Origin: Convolutriloba macropyga
Taxonomy: Eukaryota
Direction of reading: 5' to 3'
Assembly (NCBI RefSeq): GCF_964194025.1
Contig: NC_134481.1
Coordinates: forward strand, 14,260,001-14,324,000
Length of the DNA: 64,000 nt
Under the pieces are notes generated by a model, which was given only the letters and a program-made list of their open reading frames with translations, was not told where the DNA came from and did not search any database. A program made the position numbers and the translations under genes. The first letter of the stretch is position 1. Each line of letters starts with the position of its first letter. Shown here in pieces: positions 52,101 to 61,800 of this stretch.

Positions 52101-54551
52101 ACCTCTATACTGGAGTAATCAATGAGTGTTCAACAAATTTTCGGTTTTTCAAATCAGTTTTTTCTTCAATAATTCATTAAAGGACAGTCAATAGTTTATG
52201 CGACCTAGACACTGATTTGTTTAATAAAATTTCTGATTTTGCGAGTTTTGTCAGTTTTTGAAGACGTCGTTGTCCTTTCTTAGCGTAACTGATGATTGGT
52301 CTCATTGGCGCCGTAATAAGGCCTAATACAAGCTATTTAATAGCGTCAGTTGATATCTAAAGGTTTTAAAGACTTTGGCACAAGTTGTTTTCAAAAAATG
52401 TCAGTCGGTTTCTTTCGGTCTGGTCCAGATTTGTAGTTCTTTGTTGTTTTGTCTCAGTGCTGAATGTTCTCACCATTTTCTGATGAGGCATAAATTTGTA
52501 CTCAACGGCTAATATTTGGGCGCTGTCCTTTTTTTTAATTCGCTTTACCTTTTGATAACGTTTTTGTTTTGCATAAGCCACGAGTTTCACGTTTGACTCC
52601 TGACTTAATTTACTCCCTAAGCCCCCCCAGCTGGCTACTACCGAAGCCCACCGCGTGCGAGTTGATTGAGAGCAATTCGCCTGACGTTTTTCGGTTGTTT
52701 TTTAAATTTTGACAAGATTGTTTTGTATACTCATTCTAAGGATAAGGACGAGTAATGTCAATATTTGTGTACAGTGTTTTTTTGTCTTTTTTTGGAAAGT
52801 TCTCAAGTGTTTTTAATTGCTCTCAAACGAAGTTTAAAGCAATTATATTAGTTCTGTCGGTCTTTTTAATGCGATTTTTCTTTTGACCAATTTTTCGTCT
52901 GACGCATTTGACTTTCCGTCCTCAAAAACGGGATAAACAGGTAACGCCCAGCGGGCTTTAAGTGCTCTTAGAGCCTTTCAGCTTACTAGTCATCAAGTAT
53001 GCGTTTCACAGAATCTGTTTTGGAGGCTTTTACTTATGGTGAGGAGGGCGATTCTTACAGATTGACCCCCCCTGTTGCCACACCATCAGCCCCCCTCGCT
53101 GCGCTCACGTGCGCCCCTTCAATTCAGCTAAAGCTAGCCTCACTAACCGTGCCTAGCTACTGACGAAGCCAACCGCTCGCCGGTCGTTTGAGAGCAATTC
53201 GCCCGACGTTAGTCGGTTGTGTATTTGTTTAAGCGCATTTAGGCTTATGTGCTTTGTTGACTGCCATGATTTGATTTTGATGTCAAAATGTTGATTGTCA
53301 GGTCCCTAGTTAAATCAATTCTTTGGATTATAATTCAGAACTTGTCCTTCTATCTTTTCATCGTACAAAAATTTGTTTCGCTTTACTGCAGTTCACAGCT
53401 TACTCATGATTTTGTAAAATCGTTTAGACTTCTCTTGGCTATTTTTACTCCTCTCATTCCTCAAGTGTTATTAGACTGCAGTTGCTCATCAAAGCTTTCT
53501 AGAATCGACGACGTTACTGTCGAGAACCGAAATAAAAAAACGGGATAAACACATGAAGCCCAATTTTAGTTGCCCGCTACATTTACTTTTTTGTTATAAG
53601 TCTTAGATGCCATCTGTGATGCGTATTGGGTTTGATAATAGTCCAGGTATCGTCTCTAATAAAATGGAGTGTCTCACTACGAAGGGAAATCAAAATAGTC
53701 GTCACTTCAATCATGTTTTTGTTCAACAATTTATTTTTGCTTTCAATCCGGGTTATGAGAATCAATTGCAGTTATTTTTTTGGCAATCAATTGCTGTTAT
53801 TTTTTGGCAATCTGTCGGGTATGTTTTGTTTTTTTGCTACCGATTGAGCTGTAAATGGACGTCCGCATTAGTAATGGTGATATGAGCTTAGAGGCACAAG
53901 GGAGGGGGAAGCATAAATGAATGTAAATATGGTCTAGTTGAAATTTAGTCAATCTTTTTTGCTGGGACGGTGGTAAAATACTTAATTATTCAAGAAATAT
54001 CGTCTGATATTTTTGGATGTTTCAACGATGTCACACTCGAAAACGGCTACCAAATCCATTTTATTGAAAAATACTACTAACGATAAATATTAAATTTACC
54101 TTACGATAGCTTAAAAAACCCATTGTTTCAGGTCTATTCTGCCGTCCAAGAAGCAATCTAAAAGCTCTAAACGGTTTGTATACTCTAAGCATTTTAATTC
54201 TCTAATTACCTTAACAGTTTTATATAAATATTTCCTCTTATCTTCAAGAATTTTTAAGTTCAATCTGATACTAAGAAATTTCTTTTCCAAATTGAGAAGT
54301 TTGAAAATCTAATTATTTAAACCAAAATCTCTGTTCCGAGTACTTATCTAAATTTTTAGAAGAGTTTGTAATTAGTTGCTGACGATAGGTTACAATTTAC
54401 TAGTACTAGTATACAAATCAACTTCACATGTTTTTCTGTTTTTAGACCTAAAACATCTCAAAGTCGCAGGTCAAATACTGCGGGTGGTGCTCGAAATGGG
54501 GGCGGAGGGTCAGATTTGTATCCCACTGCTAGAGGACTAGTCTCGAAGTAG
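25191..54551 (+). CDS. KIF3B: Kinesin-2 motor subunit, KIF3B/KRP95-like; 15 coding exons, ~764 aa
   Basis: Exons 25191-25193 (ATG only, inferred), 25270-25364, 25441-25539, 25612-25709, 25793-26108, 26554-26716, 27296-27516, 32663-32758, 32970-33073, 33579-33823, 38941-39165, 41721-41953, 48396-48644, 54132-54173, 54446-54551. All GT-AG with consistent phases, total 2295 nt. Motifs [62 protein letters not shown], and C-terminal [11 protein letters not shown]. Confidence 0.9.
25270..25364 (+). CDS. KIF3B: KIF3B-like exon 2
   Basis: [31 protein letters not shown]; tag|...|gt. Confidence 0.85.
25441..25539 (+). CDS. KIF3B: KIF3B-like exon 3
   Basis: [32 protein letters not shown]; cag|...|gtaag. 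Confidence 0.9.
25612..25709 (+). CDS. KIF3B: KIF3B-like exon 4
   Basis: [32 protein letters not shown]; aag|...|gtaat. Confidence 0.9.
25793..26108 (+). CDS. KIF3B: KIF3B-like exon 5
   Basis: TGKTFTMEG...[14 protein letters not shown]...GNQNRSV. Confidence 0.93.
26554..26716 (+). CDS. KIF3B: KIF3B-like exon 6
   Basis: [15 protein letters not shown]...[18 protein letters not shown]. Confidence 0.93.
27296..27516 (+). CDS. KIF3B: KIF3B-like exon 7
   Basis: [21 protein letters not shown]...[23 protein letters not shown]...EETLSTI. Confidence 0.93.
28184..29280 (+). mobile_element. HINE-like element, terminus type 1, family A (long variant)
   Basis: 5' AATAGCCGCC..CGGCTATT hairpin; 3' GGCGGCTATT + CCGGCA-ATC-TGCCGG hairpin + GTATGT. 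Confidence 0.75.
29802..30195 (+). mobile_element. HINE-like element, terminus type 2, with tRNA-like cassette
   Basis: Perfect 16-bp subterminal IR AATTGCTCTCGAACGA (29802) / TCGTTCGAGAGCAATT (30159); 3' hairpin CCGAC-ATTA-GTCGG. Confidence 0.75.
30019..30091 (+). pseudogene. tRNA-derived sequence (Pol III A and B boxes)
   Basis: A box TAGCCGAGTGG (30026) and B box GGTTCAAATCC (30070); cloverleaf incomplete. Confidence 0.65.
30640..31185 (+). mobile_element. HINE-like element, type 1, family D
   Basis: AATAGCCGCGA...TCGCGGCTATT TTCCGGCAATCTG; internal sequence matches 35800-36175 and 56726-57180. Confidence 0.65.
32663..32758 (+). CDS. KIF3B: KIF3B-like exon 8
   Basis: [31 protein letters not shown]. 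Confidence 0.92.
32970..33073 (+). CDS. KIF3B: KIF3B-like exon 9
   Basis: [34 protein letters not shown]; basic hinge, phases fit. Confidence 0.8.
33426..33570 (+). mobile_element. Minimal HINE-like element, type 2
   Basis: AATTGCTCTC...GAGAGCAATT with degenerate 3' hairpin, ending ~8 nt before the exon 10 acceptor. Confidence 0.55.
33579..33823 (+). CDS. KIF3B: KIF3B-like exon 10
   Basis: [15 protein letters not shown]...LLVNKIK; acidic hinge and coiled coil. Confidence 0.85.
33896..34384 (+). mobile_element. Double-headed HINE-like element, type 2, with tRNA-like cassette (34203-34286)
   Basis: 5' ends at 33896 and 34062; A box TAGCCGAGTGG at 34211; 3' end at 34350-34384. Confidence 0.65.
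34676..35173 (+). mobile_element. HINE-like element, type 1, family C
   Basis: AATAGCCGC...GCGGCTATT TT CTGGCA-ATC-TGCCAG CTATG; near-identical to 46058-46556 and 50313-50812. Confidence 0.75.
35181..36175 (+). mobile_element. HINE-like element, type 1, family D (long mosaic)
   Basis: AATAGCTGCG start, CGCGGCTATT TT CCGGCA-TTC-TGCCGG end; internal module shared with 28236-28790. Confidence 0.7.
37696..38120 (+). mobile_element. Degenerate HINE-like element, type 2
   Basis: Collinear with 52815-53219; a similar decayed copy lies at ~36860-37228. Confidence 0.55.
38337..38875 (+). mobile_element. HINE-like element, type 1, family A
   Basis: Same termini as 28184-29280; close match to 43165-43700. 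Confidence 0.78.
38941..39165 (+). CDS. KIF3B: KIF3B-like exon 11
   Basis: [17 protein letters not shown]...[15 protein letters not shown]. Confidence 0.92.
39382..41516 (+). repeat. Near-perfect tandem duplication, period 1069 bp, in intron 11
   Basis: 39382-40447 vs 40451-41516; about 6 substitutions counted by eye; identical 61-aa spurious ORFs at 39406 and 40475. Confidence 0.95.
41721..41953 (+). CDS. KIF3B: KIF3B-like exon 12
   Basis: LQSKLE...[16 protein letters not shown]...EWYL. Confidence 0.9.
43165..43700 (+). mobile_element. HINE-like element, type 1, family A
   Basis: Termini and interior as 38337-38875. Confidence 0.78.
45717..47124 (+). mobile_element. HINE-like family A (long) with a family C copy nested at 46058-46556
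   Basis: The nested copy interrupts a T-run of the host (compare the uninterrupted site at 28522-28545) with no target-site duplication. Confidence 0.75.
48396..48644 (+). CDS. KIF3B: KIF3B-like exon 13
   Basis: [12 protein letters not shown]...[40 protein letters not shown]. Confidence 0.92.
49060..49603 (+). mobile_element. Double-headed HINE-like element, type 2, with tRNA-like cassette (49441-49525)
   Basis: 5' ends at 49060 and 49225; AATTGCTCTCGAATGA / TCATTCGAGAGCAATT perfect IR; GTTCGAAC B box. Confidence 0.7.
49907..50302 (+). mobile_element. HINE-like element, type 2, with tRNA-like cassette (50130-50202)
   Basis: Collinear with 29802-30195; decayed termini. Confidence 0.6.
50313..50812 (+). 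mobile_element. HINE-like element, type 1, family C
   Basis: Termini and interior as 34676-35173. Confidence 0.75.
51193..51647 (+). mobile_element. HINE-like element, type 2 (C-rich interior)
   Basis: AATTGCTCTCAAACGA / TCGTTTGAGAGCAACT; hairpin CCGAC-GTTG-GTCGG. Confidence 0.72.
52815..53219 (+). mobile_element. HINE-like element, type 2 (C-rich interior)
   Basis: Perfect 16-bp IR AATTGCTCTCAAACGA / TCGTTTGAGAGCAATT; hairpin CCGAC-GTTA-GTCGG. Confidence 0.75.
54132..54173 (+). CDS. KIF3B: KIF3B-like exon 14 (42 nt)
   Basis: cag|[16 protein letters not shown]|gt; phase 2-2 fits neighbours. Confidence 0.65.
54446..54551 (+). CDS. KIF3B: KIF3B-like terminal exon
   Basis: [34 protein letters not shown]; resembles the KIF3B LYPxxRGLVxK tail. 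Confidence 0.85.
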
Positions 54552-56174
54552 TGATGTGGCAAAATTTCAGTTGCATCATTCGTTCATTACTTAATTAAAA
54601 AATTCAGCTGTACATCTGTTCACGAAATTGTACTATTAATGTGTAAATTTGTATATATCCATGTAAAGATAGTTGTTGTGTAGATGATATAGTTGACTTT
54701 TTCTCTTCGTGGTTGTCACCCTTTTGGACTGCAAATCGCGCTCAGAAAACCCCCTGTGCAAAATGCGAATTGATAGCTCTTCTTTGGGATCTTTTTATGT
54801 CTGTGATTCCCCCGATCCCCCCCCCCCCCCGATAATGTGTGTGGGGGGAGGGGGATGAAAGCCATACTAGGATCAATTACACGAAAGATCCTGTGAAACT
54901 GCTCTCACCATCCCCCGAGGGCTCCATGATCAATCTTTTCACACCTATATGGGGTGGTATGTATTATTTATTACTGCCAGCCCGCCCCATCTCTTATCAG
55001 GCCATGCAAACCATTATCTGTGTAAAAAAACGCTAACGTATGGTAATGAAAAAAAATGTTCGTGAGGAAGAGAAACAGTTCTTATCCTGTCTTTTACTAA
55101 CGGTTAATTTAATTTCTAAATATGATTTAACTTCAAATTTTATCATTCTAAATAAATCTTCTTGGTGCCAAATGACGTAATCTGTGTGTAAGAGACTTGT
55201 TTCAAAAACATCAATTAATAATGTACTATGTTCTATATACAGCAGAGAGACAACACAACAGAAAACATATTTAAAACAATGATGACAATACTGGTTTGAA
55301 TAAACACAAATGTATTTGATGCTTAAAATGAATTAACTCATCTACGCTGAATTGAATTATTTTTGATTGGGGTTGAAGGCCTTTTCCACGGTTTAGTAGC
55401 CGTTGATGGATTGTGACGCCAATGTAGCTACGCACCATTGCCTTTTGTTGAATATTGGAGCAATCTCGTCGGAAATTTGCAAGAAATTTGTACCTGATGC
55501 GTAAAAGGTTAATGAAATACTTTTGTCGGCGAAGCAATTTTTTTTAAATATTAGGCTTGGTTGCAACGTCATCATTTCTTGCATAGTGTTTTTAATATTT
55601 TTTTACCAATTTCTTCGGACAATTCACAAATTTTTTGGGAATTTTAAGCCTACTTGCCCCAATTTGGTCATTTTACGTTTTGTTCAGCTTTCGTTGTATT
55701 TTCGACGTTTCCTGGAAGCATTAAAGGTCCCAGATGCTATTCCAAAAAGTTTCATTGTTCCGACCTTTGTTTGAGGGTCTCGATTTTTATGCAACCCTGG
55801 CTTTTTATTGCCGAATCAATTTTGGGTGATCGATTTTTTTTGCTGAGAGATATAAAAGTGGTACATTGACAAGCTATTAAAGAACTGAATTGATACTTGA
55901 GGGACCTTTTTAAACGTTTTGTTTCTCGAAGAAAAAATGAGGGGTTGAATTGTTTACATTTCTGATTTTCCATGCTTTGCTTGCAATTGAGGCAGTATGT
56001 CCACGTCTTTAAATTGCTGAGAGATTTCTAAAATGTATATTCAAAACGTCTGAAACGAAGCAAAACAAAGGCTGAAACATAACAAAACATGGCTAAAAAA
56101 TCGACTTTTTCTGAAGAGTTTTTCAACGGAGAGTATTAAGGGTTTTCTCGTTTCGTCTACTCTTGTACGTTTTT

Positions 56175-56587
56175 AATTGCTCTTGAACGAAGTTTATAGC
56201 AATTATTGTAAACGTGTGTGTCTTTTTTATGCAAAATTTTTGCTTGACAATTTTGACTTTTCGAGTGAATTTTACGCCCTTGACTTTTTGCGTTTCGCGT
56301 GATCTAAAGTTCTCTCTCAATCACAATTTCAAGCAGCTGAACTCAATTGGCGGCAATTTAATACTAAAAGTCAAATGAAAAGTGCGCCGAAACTGGTGTC
56401 ATTTTTTACTTTAAATCTTAATAGTGGTTTATGTTAACCTCTAATGTGGTTATTTCAAGCCCACTATTGAACTTCTTAGTCCTATTTAGGCTTCCGCTCC
56501 CTCCCTCCCCCCTTACTGAAGCAGGCTGCAATTGATTAGAGCTCCCACTAGTCGTTCGAGAGCAATTCTTTCGACGTTTAGTTGGTT
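56175..56587 (+). mobile_element. HINE-like element, type 2
   Basis: Type 2 termini; first 300 bp nearly the same as 39652-39968. Confidence 0.7.
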
Positions 56588-56725
56588 ATGTTTCAATAAT
56601 GTCAACCATAAAGAAATGGTCATTTAGTTTGCTGGAGCGCTTCATGCGCGAAGCACAGCCGATGCCAATCCCACTTGTTTGTTTTAGTTTGTTTTTTTTT
56701 AGTATTGTCATTGTTCTATGTTTTT

Positions 56726-57180
56726 AACAGCCGCGTCAGCAATTCCAGGCAGCAATTTTTTTTACTTCGTCTAACAGATTTTTGTTTCGTCTTATCCTGA
56801 CTTTCATGACTTTGATGACTTTTCATGACTTTGAGCTTTCAAAACGGGATAAATAGGTAAAGCTCAGCGAGCCTCAAGTTTCATTAGAGTTAAAGATCAA
56901 TAGTGTGCAGCTAAGTATTGCCAAGCGTATTTTCCCTAATTCTTGAGTATTAGAGTCTTGAGTTTATGGTTTCGAATATTATTTTCGAAAAAGCTCCCTT
57001 AGGGCTTTTTCCTTATAGAGCGTATGTGTCTCATAAAAATGACAGACCGGGTCTAACCCAAAAAGTCTAGTGGTCTATTAAAAGACTGGTGGTCAATTTG
57101 TCTATTTTTTTAGTTGCTTCAAATCCATGGAGGGCCTGAAGCGTCTATCGCGGCTATTTTCCGGCAATCTGCTGGCTATG
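56726..57180 (+). mobile_element. HINE-like element, type 1, family D
   Basis: AACAGCCGCG start; CGCGGCTATT TT CCGGCA-ATC-TGCTGG CTATG end. Confidence 0.7.
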
Positions 57181-57772
57181 TTTTTTTTAAATTTTTAAAT
57201 ATGAAAGGTATCCCATAGCCTTTATGCTATAGATACCAAGCAAAACAAAGGTAGAAGTTTTTTAAAGTTTCTATTTCTTTTCCCTCATTTTATCAGAAAA
57301 CATTGTCTCAACATTTTCGTTGTTCATTTGATAAAGTCTCTCGGATAAGATTGTCTATGCTTTTCGAAAAAAGATCCGGAACATTCTTATGTACAAATAA
57401 TGAAAGGATTTTGTATTTTGAATTTTTTGAATTTTGTGTTAAATATATACCTTGTAGAGGAAAATAATTTATTAGAGACCTTAAATTTTTTTAGAGAAAA
57501 GGTTTTTGCAAGCAGTCCAGTCTTTCAACCAAATGACATTATTTCTACAGAATATGATTTTTTTATCGTTTCTTTTCGCGTTGTTGAGTTTGATGACTTT
57601 TAATAATGTTCGTTGAGTATGTAAATTTGTTATACAACGCATATTGTCCTTATTGTATTTTTCTAATTTGATTTTTCTTTTTAATCATTTTTTTCTTTTT
57701 TGGCATGATGATTTCAATCATCTTTGTGTAATCCGGAGAACTGCAGCTACACCGAAACGTTTTTTTTAAAAC

Positions 57773-57773
<1 letters not shown>

Positions 57774-57812
<39 letters not shown>
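57774..57812. repeat. (TA)n microsatellite
   Basis: About 19 perfect TA units. Confidence 0.95.
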
Positions 57813-57815
<3 letters not shown>

Positions 57816-58353
57816 AAATGAAATTTGAGTTTTTGTAAGACTCATATGGCAGTTATTGGCGAGTTTCCAATTCCTTCTTCAAAGAATTTTTTCAGAGTGT
57901 GCTCGAGGAAGAGGTTTCTTTTATCTTCGCATATAAATGTTGTTTGATATCATCTTATTTTTCTTTTCTATTATACTACAAACGTATTAAATTGCTGTTA
58001 AGTGCTGAAGTTTTTTAGCTTTGAATTTGATTGGTTTAATGAATAATTTTTGTAATTTTTGATTCAGAATATCTTAAAATTTGTACGGAGCTTGATGTGG
58101 ATGAGGATGAACGTGATGTGCAAAAAGCACATTATTGAGCAGCCTTGTTTGTACTCTCTGTGTAAAAGGTATTATTATCCCGTTACTGTAATTAAGCTTG
58201 GCTTCTCTGATTGTTTTATTCTATTATGACGACTCTTTGTTCTTGTTATGTTATTAGGCATTTTAGCTTGACTGTATTTATTCATTCTTAGGCAAGAGTG
58301 AGCTTAAATGAGGGGTGTTCAACCGAGGAAAAGGAAAATATTATGAAACTTGG

Positions 58354-58827
58354 TTAATAAAGTCCCACTTCTTCCAGGATTTTCTTCACATCTACTTCTC
58401 CAGCCAGAAGATCCGCTTCACACATAGCGTCTAGGCACAATTTTCTGCTCGTCTCTTGTACATAACCACCGAGAATAAATTCGTCTAATATGTAATACGC
58501 CTTTTCGAAATTAAAAATGATATCTAGCTCGCAAACGTTTCCGAAATAAGCATCGAGTAACTCGACATATCGATGGATAACTTCTAACACTAGCAGTTCG
58601 TTTTCCTCTTTTTCAATTGCAACGCAAAATATTAAACTGGCGTACCGTTTGTAAACTAATTTTAATCCATCGCGCCATTCAACGACGTTCGACATGCGAG
58701 GCTTTCGATTGCAAATTACGTACGGGACATCTTTTAGAATTTTTCGCCGGTCTTTGTCGGAGTACGCGTTGTACCATCTATGTAACCGAATTTTCCCTTG
58801 TCTACTAAATAGCAAAAGGAAGTTCAT
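58354..58827 (-). CDS. AP1S: AP-1 clathrin adaptor complex sigma subunit (AP1S-like), single coding exon, 157 aa
   Basis: [69 protein letters not shown]-terminal LEEVGL; intact ATG to TAA. Confidence 0.92.
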   Translation of the reverse strand: MNFLLLFSRQGKIRLHRWYNAYSDKDRRKILKDVPYVICNRKPRMSNVVEWRDGLKLVYKRYASLIFCVAIEKEENELLVLEVIHRYVELLDAYFGNVCELDIIFNFEKAYYILDEFILGGYVQETSRKLCLDAMCEADLLAGEVDVKKILEEVGLY

Positions 58828-61800
58828 TTTTGCGCTTAATGTTCAGAAAGTTGATAGTATTTAATAATAGAAATGAACAGGTGAAAAGCAAGCTAAAGCG
58901 ACGGCCGAATGCTGTTCCGGTTTAATTACGAAGGAACCTAAATTAATTAATTAATGGCCGAATAAAAAAAATCGTTTTGAAAATTTTGGAGGTATTGTGT
59001 TTTTTAATAGCTGAGAAACGAAAGTTCAATTTGAAAAGCGCCAAAGTTAAGTTGAATTGATTTTAATTTTAGTTAATGCTTCTGAATGTATTCGGGAAAT
59101 GAAGAAACAAATTTGTAATTGATGTAATCGAATTAACTTAATGGCTTTTTGTCGCGAGAAAGAGAAACGTTAAGTGCTCCCGGGTCCGATTCAGAACCAC
59201 TAATGGTCTCTATTCGATGTCTGTGAAAGAACTAGTGAATAAAAGAAGAGTGGGGTAAGGAAAGTGCGAGGGGTAAATTTTATGGATTTGATGGAGGCGG
59301 TGATGGTACTGTAAAACGGGAGGAGGGGGTACGGTAGTTAAATAGGAGACAAAACGTCAGAATGGAAGAAAATCTGATTGTATTAAGTTGAAACGCAGGA
59401 AGTTAACGTTGAATGCTGCTTTTACGCCTCTGATGATAAAATGTCTGTTTGTTCTATGCTTTCAGCATTTTATTCACGCTTTAGCTCACAGATAACACAA
59501 AAATACTGCTGCTGATTTTCCCATCTTTGTTTTATTGTATTTGTGCGTTCGTTTGAGCAAATCGGAACTTTATTGATTAGTATTTTCTCTGTTGAAATTG
59601 TGCAATTTACGGCTTGATTGTCGTGTACGTATGCTGGCAAATTTTGGTAAATAATTTTGTGTTGATTTGTGAACTGAAACACGGTCGAAGATGTTATTAT
59701 CGTTGTTTATGATGTTGTTCTTGAAGTAAATAAAGTAAATAACCGGGGGAGTTCTGCAACTGTTGTTGGTTGTTGAGGCATTGATTGGTTTTTATGGTAA
59801 TGAGTAGTATAAACTGTTGGGAAGACAGAAAACTAATGCAGTTGATGTTGCTGATGTACCATTGCAACTTGTGAATTAAGATAGAAAATGAGCTGCTTAT
59901 GATCTCAACGGGATTAAAGGAAGTTGGGTTTAGAAGTCGTTTCCTTTTCCATTATTTGGACTTGTTATAAAAATGGGCTCTATATTTCAACCCTCTCCCT
60001 AGCTATCTATCTACCTCTTTTTCGGTAGTCAACTGGTAATATATTATTACGTGGAGTACGTATTCGTGTTATGGTGACCTTTATTGTAAAGCTAAGGGTG
60101 TAATGCGCAAGGCCAACTATAACTGATTTCTAGTTATTATACCCGGGTTGTAATAAATCAATTTCGTTCCTTTTTAATAAAAGTCGAAGGGCTAAAAACT
60201 AATAAAAGACGCGCGCGTTTGGATCAGCAAAAACAGCGGAATCGGCACAAAAAAATTTTGCACGTTTTTACTGGATTAGCAATTAAGTTACCCTCAGATA
60301 GAGTATCGCCAAGCAACATTAAACCAAAGTAATACGTACAATAATAGATACAGAATATAAGACTGTAATTTACACTATATTACGGTTTTTTGTCCCCTTT
60401 CCCTGAGTTTTGTGCAGGGGCGTATAATACGTATGCGCGTCCAGAATATATAAAGTAGATAGAATGAATGGAATGGACGTATTTATCATAACCAGCGAGT
60501 TATCAAAACTAAATAAAAGTAATAAATAATCACCTCCGCGGCGTCCAATACATTGTGTAATATTGCGCACGGGTTTTACACCATTTTTAAGAGCAAACAG
60601 GTATAGAATAATATAGCACTTTATCGCCAATCTGCTAACGTTAAAAATATTTTCAAATTGTTTTTTTTACGGAGTAATTTACCGCTGAATGGACTATGAA
60701 GCACAAAACGGTTGTATTTCAGTTTTCACCGCAAATGAATACGGTGAGTATAGTTAGAAATTGGTCGAAAAGAAGAGTTAAACAGTACCATTTTTTGCAA
60801 AAGTGTGCTAGTAGTAATTGCGCTTTTCTGTCAGTAATGTAGCTAAAAAAGGTGCAATTTTCCGCGTCTAAATAAAAAACCTTTCCATCTTTGTGTTCGC
60901 TTTTCACAGAGGCAAAAAAAAAGATAGGTAATAGAAAGGAAAAAGCAAGCTCTATATAAAGCACAGTAAGAGACCAGGTCTAGAAAGAATAGAAAAACAT
61001 CTGCAATTGTTCCATCACCACCCTTCATTTGCGAAAACGCAGTCCTATGTCTTGAGGAAAAAGTGATAAAGCGCCGCCGTAGACATTGGAGACATGCTGA
61101 AACGTCAAGGTTAATTGACTAGCTTAAGCTCTAAGCAAATTTCGCGGAGACGTGACGTTAGGGGGAAATTAAAATTCATTCCATTACGTGATACTGGATT
61201 CAATTCTTCAATTATGCACTGAAATTTGCGATAGCGGGAAGAGGTTTGGAGAGGGAAAATTTTTGTGGATATCGATTGTTGTGTTTGAAGTAATCAATAT
61301 TCGACCACGTATCTAGTAAAAGCATTTCATCGACTAAGACTAGTAATAAGTTGATAAATGAAAACACGTGTGAGTGTATAATTTAGCCGCAGAAGGTTGT
61401 TGTTGACATTTTGGCGAGAAAACAAAATTAAAGAGTCCAAGTTGCGAATATTGGCGAAACAACAGCTTTATGCGACAATAACTTCAAAATCAGAGACTAA
61501 GTAGTATCGAGGGCTTGGTTATCAAATTAATTTTCAAACAAAGCATTGTGAACAGAACAAAACCCTCAGGAAACGAGAGGAACCCTATTTTACCTCAGGG
61601 TGTAGATACGTTTTAAAAGGGGCAAACTGAACTGTGTTGCCATAAATTTTGAAAGCTGAATGTTGAATTGATTAAAAGAAAGACTTTTATGGTATTAACT
61701 GTTTCTCAGCTCGCTTTGGTAACGTTAGGGAGAAATTAGAACACCTTCTCGGAGGCAATGTTGTTCTAGCATGTTTGCAGCGAATTAAAGCCAAACAATA

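Noticed and set aside
28315-56320. Numerous 60-100 aa ORFs in KIF3B introns and antisense to exons
   Set aside because: Low-complexity F/L/K-rich translations of repeats or shadows of real exons; no domain signal.
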